A stretch of 64,000 bases of DNA from Lama guanicoe (lineage: Eukaryota): contig MU053557.1 in assembly GCA_013239625.1 (NCBI GenBank), forward strand, positions 937,063 through 1,001,062. The letters run 5' to 3'. The notes under the pieces were generated by a model, which ran no database searches, was not told the origin of the DNA, and saw nothing but the letters and a program-made list of their open reading frames with translations. Positions 40,959 through 53,608 of the stretch are shown here, one piece after another. How positions within the stretch are numbered: the first letter of the stretch is position 1; every line of letters starts with the position of its first letter. Both the position numbers and the translations under genes were made by a program.

Positions 40959-41699
40959 CAACTACACATCTATTATATGGACAAATTTAGACTTCAAGAA
41001 CCCGAAGCCTAAAACTGTTAATGAAATTGTTACTATCACTTGGCATGCCAAGAGACACCTCAGAAATAAAAGATTCAAAATCTGAATGCAGGCTTGCAGG
41101 AGGTGACACTATAATGACAGCCATACAGAAAAACCCCCAATGTAGTTGATAATTGGATTCCTTATTTGCCTCTATCTAGAAGAATCTGTTCTTTCACTTG
41201 ATCTTTTAGTTAATGGGCTTTAAGTAGCATCTCTGATTACTTACAATTAGCCCTGCATTGTTTAATCTGCACCTTTAGTTCTCATTTGTTTGATTATATG
41301 CATAGAAAGAGTAAAAATGTTAAAGTCAAGGTGGATACATTCGCTGATATCCACAGTGCAGACGGAAAGTAAAAAGGCTCTATCAATCAATTAGCTGTTT
41401 CTGGAACCAGCTGTATACACAATGCCAAGGATCGGAGCATTTGGAAACATCTGGCTAATTGACAGAATCCTCCTTTTAACAGCTAGATGTTTGATATCAG
41501 ATCGACTTGATGCACACAGAAGCCGCTCTCAAGATTTGGGGCTTGGAAAATCATCCTCAATTAATAAGACGAAGACCAAGACCATGAATCAATAGGATCC
41601 ATGTGAAAACTTGAAAGTTTAGGAATTAAAAAAAGAACTTGTCCTTTAGTCAAAATCAGATTCTAGGTTCTGTAAAATATTTCCAGGAAAACAGAAGAT

Positions 41700-42170
41700 T
41701 CTTCTTATGAAAACCTAACATAGGACATAACCTAGAGGGCCTAAGGTATGGCAGTGACTTTAGATACAACACCAAAGGCTTGATCCATGAAAGAAATGAT
41801 TGATAAGCTGGACTTCATTAAAATTAAAACTGCTGTTCTGCAAAGGATAATCTCAAGAGAATAAGAAGACAAGCCATCGACTGGGAGAAAGTATTTGCAA
41901 AAGACATCTTATAAAGGACTATTATCCAAAATATATGATAACTCTTAAAATTCCACAATAAGAAAATAAACAGCCTTCTTACACATGGACAAAAGACCTG
42001 AACGACACCTCACTAAAAGGATATACAGATGGCAAATAAACATATGAAACGCTGTTCAACGTAACAGGTCATTACAGAATTATTAATCAAAACAATAGCA
42101 TACCACTATACACCTGTTAGAATGGCCAAAACCCAGAATGCTGACAACACAGCAAGCTGGTGAGGATAAA
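41700..42170 (+). mobile_element. Old L1 (L1M) ORF2 3' fragment
   Basis: gataagctggacttcattaaaattaaaa...gactgggagaaagtatttgcaaa...atacagatggcaaataaacatatgaaa. Confidence 0.85.
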
Positions 42171-44219
42171 AAAGAAAAGGGAAAGTAACCTTGGAAACTT
42201 TCTTCCCCTCTAATTCAGGTTCATCCCCAGTGAGGAGTGAAGATCCTGCTGGGAGAATTTTTCACAAAGAGAATGAATGGTGGTGTAATCGTTACATAAC
42301 CATCAATTACTAAAGTATAAAACGGATGTGCCTTTGCTTCCAAACTCTTCCTCCTCCCCTGCTGTTAGGAAGCAGTGCTGTTCTTTCAGGCATCAGGGCT
42401 CCAAGCATCTGTGTCATCTTTAATTTCTTCCTCTTCTTTGCCTTATTTTCCATTCAGTGGGTAAGTGCTTTCTCTTGAGTCAATTTAGAGACATGTTTCT
42501 TATATATCTTTTTACTCTTCCTTGAACTGAACTTCAAGTTCAGATCATATAATCTTTTTTCTTCAAAAAAAGAGTATTCAACTTCTTTTTAATTATAAGA
42601 ATAATACTTTTTTTGGGTAACAAATTCAAATTTTAAAAAGTGAATAAAGTACAAATTGAAAGTTTCCTCTTCTCTAATCTCACTGCCCAACTGGCAACAA
42701 TGGTTATTTCCTGATTTTACTATGCTCATAAAATAAATTGCTATATACCTTTATCTAGCTATAATACCTTTATCTACATATAATGTATTCATATCAACAT
42801 ATAAACCATCATCACAAATTAGCTAATATTCATTGAAGAATTACTATGAGCCAGCAGTGTGTTACACGCTTTACATAAATTTTCTTATGTAACCCTTGTT
42901 GTCCTATCTGGTAACTGATTGAACCAAAATGCTAACCTTGCCTGGTGAACTCCAGAACCTCATATTTTACTCTTGGCCTATTCTTTGTTGCTTTTTAAAA
43001 ATAAAATTGCTACGACATTATACATGCTGTTTTGCAACTTTCTTCTTTTTACTTAACATATTAGAGACACCTGTACTTATATTGAAATACCTCATTCTTT
43101 TTAATAAGCCGTATAGTATTCTGTTGCACAGAAGAAATAATTTGTTCAGTGAAAATACTCCCTAAGAACAGACACTTCAGTGATTCCTTTTTTTCTCTTT
43201 ATTATAAAACATACAATAAGTATTTTTGTACACTTGAATTGGTTTCTGTTAGATACGTTACTTAGGAGTAGAATTATAATAAGTTCTTAACTTGTTTTCC
43301 CATCTCTACTCTCTGCCCTCTCAAATCTGTCTTTCTCATTTCACCCAGATTTATCACCATGGAGCATGGTTCTGATCCCACCACTTCCTGGTTCTGGGTT
43401 CCCTTGGACTTTTGGATAAAGTCTAAAACCTTGCCTCTTCCGACTTTCAAAATTTCAGATATTATCACTGTGAACTTATTTCACCCATTTCTCTTTCACT
43501 TACTCAGTGCTCCAGGATCAGCTGTTCCCAGCACTGCCTTAGCCTGGAATCTCTTCCTTCTCCTCCCCCTTTTCTAGTATGATTCTTACTTACCTTCAAG
43601 CTCGATTACTAATTCCTTCACAATGATCCCCAGCTAGAAATTATAGTGCGATAGTCCCAATTTCCCAAATATCTAATCCATATCCCTCTCTGTTTGCACA
43701 GTCATCAGGTTCTAACTTGTATTAGAGCTGATCTCTAATACATGCTTCATCATTCTCTGAAAATTCTGACAAGGGAAAGGAAAGAAAAGAAGATAAAAGA
43801 AAAAAGAAAATCCTTGTGGGCATGTTCTATGTCTAATACATCCTATATCCCTAGTGGCAGCTAGTATTGGCTTGCTAATTAAGTAGTTATTTCAAAAATT
43901 AATTTGTTTTTAAATATAAAGACCATTTTACTATTTCCTTGAGGTTCTTACTTCTTGCTGCTTTATTAGGGGTTTTTCTAGAAACTTCTAAAAAATGAAA
44001 TATTTGGATGATGATATCACATGCACCTTTCACACAGGGTTTTATAGAAAGCTGTCCTGTCTACAGTTTGTGGTATTAGGCAGCCTTATCCATGATGCTT
44101 TCCTCACATCCCAGGAGATTGGGCTGGAGACGGATGAACATGTGATCTGTGGACAAGCAAATTTGATGCTAGTCAGTAAAATTTGATTGATTTTATGAAA
44201 TAAAAGATGAGGTAAGCCA

Positions 44220-45067
44220 TATGGTATTTTTCTTTCTCTTTCTGGCTTACTTCTCTTAGTATGACAATCTCCAGGTCCATCCATGTTGCTGCAAATGGCA
44301 TTATTTTATTCTTCTTTATGGCTGAGTAGTATTCCACACACATATATGTAATTCTATACATACCACATCTTCTTTATCCAATCATCTGTTGATGGACATT
44401 TAGGTTGCTTCCACATCTTGGCTATTGTAAATAGTGCTGCTATGAACATTGGAGTGTTCGTATCTTTTCGAATTAGTTCCCTCTGGATATAGCCCAGGAA
44501 TGAGATTGCTGGTATGTCTAAGGTAAGTCTATTTTTAGTTTTTAAAGGAACCTCCATACTGTTTTCCCTAACGGCTGCACCAAACTACATTCCCACCAAC
44601 AGTATAGGAGGGTTCCCTTTTCTCCACACTCTCTTTATTGTTTGTGGACTTTTGAATGATGACCATTCTGACTGGTGTGAGGTGATACCTCATTGTAGTT
44701 TTGATTTGCATTTTTCTGATAATTATATGATATCACTTACATGTGGAATCTAAAACAAATGACACAAATGAACTTATGTACAAAACAGAAACAGACTCAC
44801 AGACATAGAAAACAAACTTAGGGTTACCAGGGGAGGATGGGGGGTGGAGGGATAAATTGAGAGTTCAGGATTTGCAGATACTAACTACTATATAAAAAAT
44901 AGATAAACAATAAAGTCCTACTGTATAGCACAGGGAAATATATTCAATATCTTATAATAGCTTATAAGGAAGAGGAATATAAAAAGGAATATATATAAAT
45001 GTATATTTATAACTGAATTACTCTGCTATATAGTAGAAATTAACACACCATTATAAACCAACTATAT
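44220..45067. mobile_element. 5'-inverted (twin-primed) L1 insertion
   Basis: 44220-~44722 is the minus-strand ORF2 C-terminus (MPFAATWMDLEIVILREVSQKEKEKYHM) and ~44723-45067 is plus-strand 3' UTR. A 17-bp TSD with 2 mismatches lies at 44203-44219 and 45068-45084. Confidence 0.9.
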
Positions 45068-46899
45068 AAAGATAAGGCAAGCCAATCAGATTCTCCTTCA
45101 GAATTTGGAAAATGAGAACGATGAGGCTGAGATGTTGTATGGAAGGCATAAATATATGTGGGAGTGCATCAGGGCCCAGAGTTACAAGAACACATGAAAG
45201 ACGTACAGTGCAGTCATAGATTAAAGCATGGTCCCTAAAGGCAGCTGGTGTTACAGGCAGTCAGATTCACCCTTGAAATCCCTTACAAAGGTGCCACTTT
45301 GGACCAGCATACTGTTTCTTGGTAAGCTCAACATAACATGAGTTTTCTATAGTTTTGGAACAGATTATTGCTTCTTCAGTAGAGCACCAGATGAAGCAGT
45401 TGGCTTGCCATATTTTACTGAAAATATGTGTCTCTAAATACTAGATTTACACTTGGTGCCGTGAGATGATCATGGTACAGGAGGCACCTGGAAACTGAAC
45501 GTGACAAAGAGAACAGCAGTTTGAGGACACTCTTGCTCACTTCTGTGTGTGTGTGTGTGTGTGGGAAGCACTGAGAGTTAATTATGCATAAGATAAATCC
45601 CCTTACAATTTGGCTCCAGGGTGGAGAACAGAGGAAGAATCCACTGGAGGGAGAAGATGAAGCATTATGCAAAGAGAAGGAGAGTTACCATGAGGTAGAA
45701 GCTGGGAAGCCCCAGACAAGGAGGCAGAAGGAGGCAGCGCTTCAAGCTGGCTTGGATTTGGAGCCGCCCGTTCTTCTGCTCCAGTCTGTGCCTATCCTTG
45801 CAGTAAACCCCCCCTCCATCGTGATAACTGATAATAACCTTTGCTCATTACAACTGAAATGACACACGCTAGTCAGTGCAATGGTCAAGACACTTCTTGA
45901 TTTCTTCTGAGGTTTGTGTTGTGTCCATGAAAATGCTTCTGAGTGCTAAGTGGGAAAACATCTATGGAAAATATTCTCTACTGTATGCTTTGCAGAGAAA
46001 TTATATATTGGCATTTCTGGAGCTAGAATATTAGCAAAGAGATCAGAAGGCAACACAAATAAAGAACAGACAGTTAGAATTTGGACAAAGTCGTGTCATC
46101 TGCCCTTTTTTTTGTACATAGACTATCTAGTGTGTTTTACAGGCAATTGAAATCACCTTAAAGGTAGCTCAGATCAATTTCAGATTTTCAGCCATAGGTA
46201 AATCACATTTTGTGTCCCTTCTTGCACATCATAACTGAACAAATTTCAGTGTGAAATAAAATGCTTTTATTATTTCTTCCCATGGAAAGCAGATGCATGA
46301 TAGTCGGCTTTGAATAAGTTCTGTTCCCTCCTCTTTGCGAGAAGCCTATACAGAGAACATTCTGGGATTTAATCAGCAAACAGTGGTGGAGAATTAGCTT
46401 AGAAAAATATCCCTCTCTAACACATCTGCTCTTCAGACAGACACTGTGTACTGCAAGGAAACATCAGACCTCGGAAGAGAAAGCAGGAAAGCTGCCAGGA
46501 AAAGGCTGGCAAATCTGGACTGCCTTTTGCAACATCTGTTGGGAGTCGACAAACTGCCCAGTGATGTGCAGCCTGGATTATACTGATCAACTTTAGTGCC
46601 AGCTCCTGACCACAGGGAAATTGGTTTCCAGGTTTACTGGGCCGCTGCCGAGAACACAGAAAATTCTTGGAGCAGAAGAAGACAAAGAGTTTTGGATGTG
46701 CTTGGGAATACAAAAGATCTTTGTGGAAACCTTAGCTTTCTTTTCCCCCTCCATGGAGAACGATGGTCTTGTGATCTGTGCAGAAACTGTTTTTCTTCAT
46801 TTGCAAAAAGCTTGGATTGGAACATATATACACACTCACATTTCTACTGAGAACTCCAATTAGCACATGCTGCTTCATTTTCGAGGAATTAAAAAAAAG

Positions 46900-47200
46900 A
46901 GATGCCAACTCTCTGAGGTCCTTTACAGTGGAAACATGTCGTCAACCATTATAGCCTCTTTTGTTGCACTATCTCTTTCCTCCAAACCAATAACTTCTGT
47001 TTCTCGTGAATGCACTCGTCCGCTCTTGCCGAAAATGCAAGCCAACCCGTCTCTGCTCTCCGCTGATCAGAGTCATCATGCTGGCTTATCGTCTGCCTTC
47101 GGACAGATTCCACTGATGATTCTGGCGAGGTTATTTTTATTTACGAAACCAGAATCCAAAAGTGTCTCTAGAACATTCCCAGATGGGGTTTGACCAACGA
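46900..47200 (-). mobile_element. Possible hAT/Charlie transposase relic
   Basis: Minus-strand fragments RWS..GNVLETLL, QKLLVWRK and DMFPL occur in the order expected for Charlie-type transposases. They are frameshifted and very degenerate. Confidence 0.3.
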
Positions 47201-47549
47201 ATGAGGAAGCCAGATTTACCAAGAGGCTAATCTGAATTTCTTTACATGATGTCTAAAGAGAAAACTAGTCAGAAGACAGAGAAGAAACACGTAAGGAAAT
47301 GAAACTTCTGTTAGCAGGTCACAATAGTAAAATCTCACAGTGTGCCAACTCTGTGGGGTTTTGTGTAGGTTTTCTCATTAGTCCTCAGGAGTTGCCTTTA
47401 AGGAAAGAATTGCTATGTTTATCTTCTTGGGTCAGAGGCATCTTACAATCTGCCTAAAATTAATTTACTTGGTAAGTATACAAGTTTACATGACTGTAAG
47501 CTTCAAGATTTTCTAATATATTCTACTGCCTCCGCAGAGTGTTGTTAAT

Positions 47550-47685
47550 GATTCACTCAATAAAGAGTTTTTGAGTGCCCGTTCTGTGCCAGGAGTTTGT
47601 CCAGCACGGGGGACACAGCAGTGAAAAAGAAAAGGAAAATAAAGAAAACAAAAGTCCGCCCTCGTGGAACTTACATTCCATTGTC
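47550..47685 (-). mobile_element. L2 3' fragment
   Basis: ttgagtgcccgttctgtgccagg...gccctcgtggaacttacattc. Confidence 0.7.
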
Positions 47686-47789
47686 AAAGTCAGAAAGACC
47701 CTGAGAGGGAATCTCATTTAATCTAACCTAATGCAGGCAGGGGACTGAAATACAAAACTTCCCCTCAACTCTGAAGTCACATTAACCGC

Positions 47790-48000
47790 GTAGTTGGAGC
47801 AAAGGCTCCGAATCTGGATTTGAATCAGGGTCCTATCACATCTGGGTGGCAGTCTTGTTTCCTCCTTCTGTAAAAATGGGGTTAATAATGATGTACTTCC
47901 TCTATAGGACATTTTTTAAAGACGGGAGGAGCTAATGCACATCGACTGCCTAGTATAGCCCCTCACGCAGAGCAAAAGCGCAGTAAAAGATTGCAATGAT
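47790..48000 (+). mobile_element. MIR SINE
   Basis: gtttcctccttctgtaaaaatggggttaataat. Confidence 0.7.
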
Positions 48001-49299
48001 TGATGATGATGGCGGTGATGGTGAGAGATTCTAGACCAGTATTACAACAATAAAGAGGGCGACACTTTAACTCAGAGGAGAAGACGACTCAAGGCAGAGC
48101 AGACAGTGCCAACTAATCTGAAATGTTTTCAAGCCTGGTGACCACAACTGCATGAGCTCTTTTTTTTTTCTTTCTTTCTTTTTTTTTTTTTTTTTTTTTG
48201 GCATCATCTTTACAAGTCCTTGGCCCATGATGTGCCTTCTGGAGAGGCACAGGGACAGCGTGGAGATCCGGCGCTGGTTTGGGGAGCAGCAGGGCTCCAG
48301 GATTGACAGTCATGGTGTCAGAGGGAGCTTCCTTTCCACCCATGCACTTCCCTCTACCTCCTCCCAAAGGGGTGGATCACACTCATCAGAAATCCCAACA
48401 GCCCATCAGTGGGACACCTGGTGGGAAAGAAGACAGTAACATTAACGCTTGAGTTTGACTTGTGATCTAGAGAAGTTTAGGAATTTTGGCTCAGCAGATG
48501 AATGTAAACCTGCGTGTTCAGATTGTTTTGCTAGGTAACCCTGTTTACATTTATACAATTTCTTTGAGAATTCCCAAACTTCAAAAGCCTGAATTGGCTT
48601 AACACGCCTCGCTGGTGTAACTCATAGATCCTGCCCGTTGTCATTTAGAGCGACACAATCTGGCAGTTTCCACACTTGCTAATTAACAAATCCCGAGGTG
48701 CTAGAGATGGGAGGTTTTATGTCATTTACGTTCCAGAGGTGAGTTATGGCCCTAGGACAAATTCTCCTTCATCGCAGTCTGCTAACATCTTTCTTCAAGG
48801 ACACAGGGAGGCCTCAAGTCAAGCACTTAACCTCCCTGTGTCTGAGTCTCCTCAACTATGAAATGGAAATACATCTTGTGAGACTGAATTAAAATAATGG
48901 CTCTGAACCCTCCAGTTGGAATAAATGTCTCTCAATTCTTACAGAGATCTGATTGCACAATTCACTTCCTCTCTGTGGTACTTTCTTCCTTTATTTTTTT
49001 TTTTTTGTCTATCTCATCTTCTCAGTGACATCAGTTTAAGACTGTCTATTCCATCTCTAAACAAACCCTCCTTCCACAACTCTTTGCATGATCTTTAATT
49101 CTGTTTTTTTTTTCTTTAATACAAATTTGAGTAACTTCTCTGTGCCAGGCTCTGTATCGCTGTAAATTAGCTGTGAAACTTGTTCTCCTGTGGTTCTGTC
49201 TCCTTTTACATTTATTAGCTGCTTCAGGGTCAGAGTCAAGGAGGGGAGAAGGCTAATTAAAGGGAAGCGTGTGATTTTTTACACTGCTGGTATTTTTTT

Positions 49300-50400
49300 T
49301 AGTATATAACATTTTGATTTTAAAATAGTTAATTTAGATTTAAAGAAAGTTGCAAAGATGATACAGAACTTTCTCATATACCCCTCGGCCAGTTTTCCCT
49401 AATGTTAACATCTTATATTTCCACAGAGAACATTTATACACAACTAAGAAACCAATTTATGGTTGCATTGCTCTTAACCAAACTCCACACTTGATTCACG
49501 TTTCACATGTTTTCCCATAAGGTTTTCTGTTCTAGGTTCCCATGAAGACACCACATTCATTTAGTTGTCCTGTATCCTTAGTCTCCTCTGGTCTGTGACA
49601 GTTCCTTAGTCACTCTTTGTTATTAACGACCTTCACAGTTACAAAGAGCACTGGTCAGGTATTTTGTACAGTGTCCCTCAGTTTGGGTTTGTCAGATATT
49701 TTGCTCTTGATTAGACTGAAGTTGTGAGTTTTTTAGAAGACCTCAGAGATGAAGTGCCCTTCTCATTAAGCCTTCTCAGGGTGTGGGCTATGAACATGAC
49801 TTATTCCTAGAGATGTCCATCTTGATTCCGTGGCCAAGGTAACGTTCACCAGGTTCTGTGTTGTAAAGTTAGTTCCCCCTCGATCCTGTAGAATATTCTT
49901 CAAAAGCATGTCACTAAAGCCAGGCACATTCAAAGAGGTGGTGATAAGCTTCACTTCCTGGTATATATGCATAAATAATTTGGAACTCATCTGTAAGGAA
50001 GATTTGTCCTTCTCCACTGTTATCTGCCCATCTGTCTATCCATCCATTTATTCATTTGTATCAGCATGGACTCAAGTGTGTTTATTTTATACGTTGTTTT
50101 GTAATGGAATACTGTGTCCATTATTTTGCTGCTCAATTGGCCATTGACACCTTTTTCAAATTGGCTCTCGTATCCCGCTGATACGCCCCCATCCTTTTGG
50201 TTTTTGAGTACTTCTTTATTTTCACACACTAAGAGATGCTAAGAGATGCTGTAGGCTCATCTTGTGTTCTCCCTGCCCTGGTCTGAGAATTAGCCATTTC
50301 TCAGGAGCCCTGACTTACTTTACTGGAGAATAGTATTAGAGGCCAGTCTCAGTGTGCTTATTGCTCCTGGGGCTTCACAGATTCTAGGCCTCTTAGTAGC
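49300..50400 (-). mobile_element. Old L1 (L1MC/MD-like) 3' UTR
   Basis: tttagatttaaagaaagttgcaaagat...ttccctaatgttaacatctta...cactggtcaggtattttgta is typical of reverse L1M 3' ends. Confidence 0.75.
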
Positions 50401-51309
50401 TGGCATGGTTTTAATCCAACATTGAATCCTCTCTGCACTGGAAGCTTAGTCATGGACTTTTCTTTTGGAACATGCTTGTGGGTTCCTCAGAGGTCCCCCA
50501 CTGGAGTCATCCAATAATGGTTACTTTATTGGCAATGGGACCATTGATGACTTTTCAACATGACATGATGATGAGAGCTGTCTTCTAGTAACATTACTTG
50601 CATAGCGATTTGAGGGACGACATGCAGTAGAAAAGAGAGTGGAATGGGGAGGTTAGTTAGGAAATTGATGTACTAATCTAAGGATTATGAAAAAAAAAGG
50701 AAGTCTGGACAAGGATGGTTACTGTGCAAATCAAAAGAGGGGGTCAACTATAAGAAACATCTATTAAGGGTATTGAAGACCTGGGTGGTCCCAGCTACTT
50801 CCTGCCATGGTTGTGTGCTTATGGATTTTCTGACACCCAGTTCTGCTGTTACTGCAGTACATGAGTTGGGACAGCTTCTAATCTCAGTCAGACCCTCAGG
50901 CCATTTACAATGGGAGATTTGCAGAGTGGTTCCTATCATCTGTGGCCCTTGGGGCTCAAATCTCAAGACTGGATTGCCCACAGCTTCTGCATTTTGGTAC
51001 CATTTTGCTGTTTCTCTCTGGGCAGTGGGTGGATCCAGGCAGGATGTATGACTGGACACCCAATGATGGTTTCAAATTGCTCTTGTAATACTCATCCTTC
51101 ATTTGCCCATTTCCAGTATCTTCTCAGAGGAAGCATGTAGAAAAGTACATGGAAATGTACCCAACAAGAGCTTATGAGTCTTAGATAGCTCATCAGATAG
51201 GAATTTGTAGTTCTCTAGCCCAAACGTGCATTTTTTCCCCTGATGGCTACAGAGAGCTTTAAATGGCCATGTAAGAAGTTCACATTTGCTCCTCTAGGAC
51301 CTCTCTTGC

Positions 51310-51620
51310 TACCCAAAATGCAGCCCACAGAGGAGCAGTGGAAGCATCACCTGGGAGATTGCTGGAAGTGTGCAGAGTATCAGGTACCATGTACTAAATA
51401 AGAGTCTATATATTAATAGGATCCTTGGATTGTCCATGTGCACGTTGAAGTTTGAGATGCAGTGGTCTAGACCACTGGTCCACTAACGTGGCTGTACATG
51501 AGGATCTTTGGAGAGCTTTACAAAATACTGATGCTTAGGTTTACCCCTACAGATTGTGATGTAATTGGTACTGACTGTGGCCTGAGTATTTGGATTTTTA
51601 AAACTTCCCAGTGCTTGAGG
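51310..51620. mobile_element. Two adjacent MER5-type hAT elements
   Basis: agcatcacctgggag...aagtttgagatgcagtggtctag, then ctggtcc...aaaatactgatgcttagg...ggatttttaaaacttcccc. Confidence 0.6.
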
Positions 51621-51779
51621 ATTGCCATGGTGGACATCACCACTCCAGAGGGAAGACTGAAAGAACCTAAAGCAGTACCTTAAGGAAGAAAAACCTAAGA
51701 ATAGTACTCTATATTCTTCTGATATTACCCAAAAACCTGGCCTGTGGCACACACTATCAGTAACACTAGGCATGGGTAT

Positions 51780-52438
51780 TGTTTTTCGATCAAACAATGT
51801 GGAAAAGCCATCAAACTGCTGACCAGAAGGGTCCTAAAAATACCACATTTAGAGCCACAAGTAGCTACACTCAGATCTGGGATGGGTTCATAAGGCTTAC
51901 CCTAGGTTATGGACAATTGAGTATCCAGCACTCCTACATTGGGAACAGAAAAATCACTCTAAACAGAATCAACCCAACTGCACCAGGGATATGGGATGAT
52001 GGATATCACTGAAACAGTGTGGTCATTAAAGGACAGTGACTGGTTTGGCACTGACTAGTTGTGCCACCCAGGTATTTATTGGGTCACCCTGAATGGAACC
52101 TAGTGGTGGTTTGGCACAAATCTTTGGCCCTGGCTTCTACCTGGGTGGTCAAAGAGGTGTGCCCTAGGTTTCCCTGGGCACAGGGGAGAATCCACCCACC
52201 ATAACAAAAATTGCTAATCTTCCTCTCTTCAAGGCTAGGTGGGCACCTTCTGTTTTCCACAGGTATGAGTGATTTGTCCGCTGTCTTTGTCCCCTCCATT
52301 GGCCTGCAGGTCATTATAGCACACATAGAATCTTTTACTGAATTCATCCAGCAAGCCTTAAATGATAGCCAGCAAACCTATCTTTACTGAACACTGAAAT
52401 GTCTCTAATAAGAAAAGCTGTCCTTCAAAACTGGACAG
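51780..52438 (+). pseudogene. env: Endogenous retrovirus env relic (SU C-terminus, fusion peptide, heptad repeat)
   Basis: Hand translation gives PGIYWVTLNGT*WWFGTNLWPWLLPGWSKRCALGFP...ANLPLFKARWAPSVF...AVFVPSIGLQVIIAHIESFTEFIQQALNDSQQ/SLLNTEMSLIRKAVLQNW, with stops and frameshifts. The 5' boundary is approximate. Confidence 0.85.
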
Positions 52439-53228
52439 TCTGACACGAGAAGGGGGTTTCTAACACCAATAAACACCAGCCAGGTATCCTACAATTCGTC
52501 TCAGTTCTGTTCCCATCTGCCCAGAGATAGCATGATTCTCCAGTTTAAGGGTTTAGTCTTGTAAGATGGCTACTCTCCCATCCCCCATTCCTACGTCAGA
52601 CTTTGGACGCCAATCAGAAGCCCAGCCTTGCGCTTGCAGCTTACAGATTGGAGGTTAGGAACCTCCTCCTTGGACTTCAGCTGCGATTTGCAGGTGCAGG
52701 TTGTTACCGTGCTTCTGGCCACTGGTTGTAGATCAGAGTTTCCCCAGACCCCCTCCTTAGGTTTGATTAATTTGCTAGAGCAGCTCACAGAACTCAGAAA
52801 AACATTTTACTTTTGAGGTTTACCAGTTTGTTATAAAAGGTTGTAACCCAGAAACAGTAAGATGGAAGAGATGCATAGGGCAAGGTATGTGGGAAAGGCA
52901 CGGAGCTTCCATGCCCTCTCCAGGTCTATCACTCTCCCCAAATCTCCACCTGTTCACTAACCTCTCCAAACCGCCACCCCCGCCCCCTTTTTTGGCTTTT
53001 ATGGAGTTTTCATTGCACAGGCATGATTGATGAAATCATCAGCTGTTCGTGACTGAATCAACTTCCAACCCTCCCCGCCTTTTTTCCTCCCTGGAGGTTA
53101 AGGTGCAGGGGGAATGAAACCTGCCCCCCCCATCACTTAGCAAATGCCAAGAATTTTGGGAGCTTGGTGCCAGAAAGTGGAATGAAGTCTAAATATATAT
53201 ATTTCTTATTATAAATCACAATATCATA
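52439..53228 (-). mobile_element. MER21-like LTR inserted into env
   Basis: The minus strand starts tatgatattgtgatttataataagaaatatatat, the recalled MER21 5' end. Flanks gacag (52434-52438) and gacgg (53229-53233) resemble a 5-bp TSD. Confidence 0.8.
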
Positions 53229-53590
53229 GACGGCCTTAGACATTATTGCTGCCTTACAAGGACGCACCTGTGCCATTATCCAAACAGCGTGATGCGCTTT
53301 TATACTTGATGCGTCTGCTAATGTATCATCTTTATTAAAACCACACGAGAACCCAAGTAACTACCTTAAGTGATCATACTCCCAGCCTAGGGTACTTAGC
53401 AAGTAAATAGTTCAAATCATTGGGCTCATAGTGGAAAATGTTACTTATTTTGGGAATTATATTTTAATCTGTGTTTTCTCTTACATTTGCCTATAATACT
53501 GCTGTGGAATCTGCCTGCAATGCAGTCACATAGCTCTCAAACGAGCCACCTCCACGCTACTAAAACCGCTCGCTGACCACTCAGGGTACG
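53229..53590 (+). pseudogene. env: ERV env relic, TM part (ISD end, CX6CC, membrane anchor)
   Basis: TALDIIAALQGRTCAIIQTA*CAFILDASANVS, where CX6CC has one Cys changed to TGA. A hydrophobic stretch follows (WKMLLILGIIF/LICVFSYICL*YCCGICLQC). Confidence 0.85.
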
Positions 53591-53608
53591 TTGTGGAACT
53601 GGGGGGCG

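Noticed and set aside
44042..44753. Several overlapping ORFs
   Set aside because: Fragments of the inverted L1 ORF2 end.
51780..53590. Syncytin-like domesticated env
   Set aside because: Multiple stops, frameshifts and an LTR insertion.
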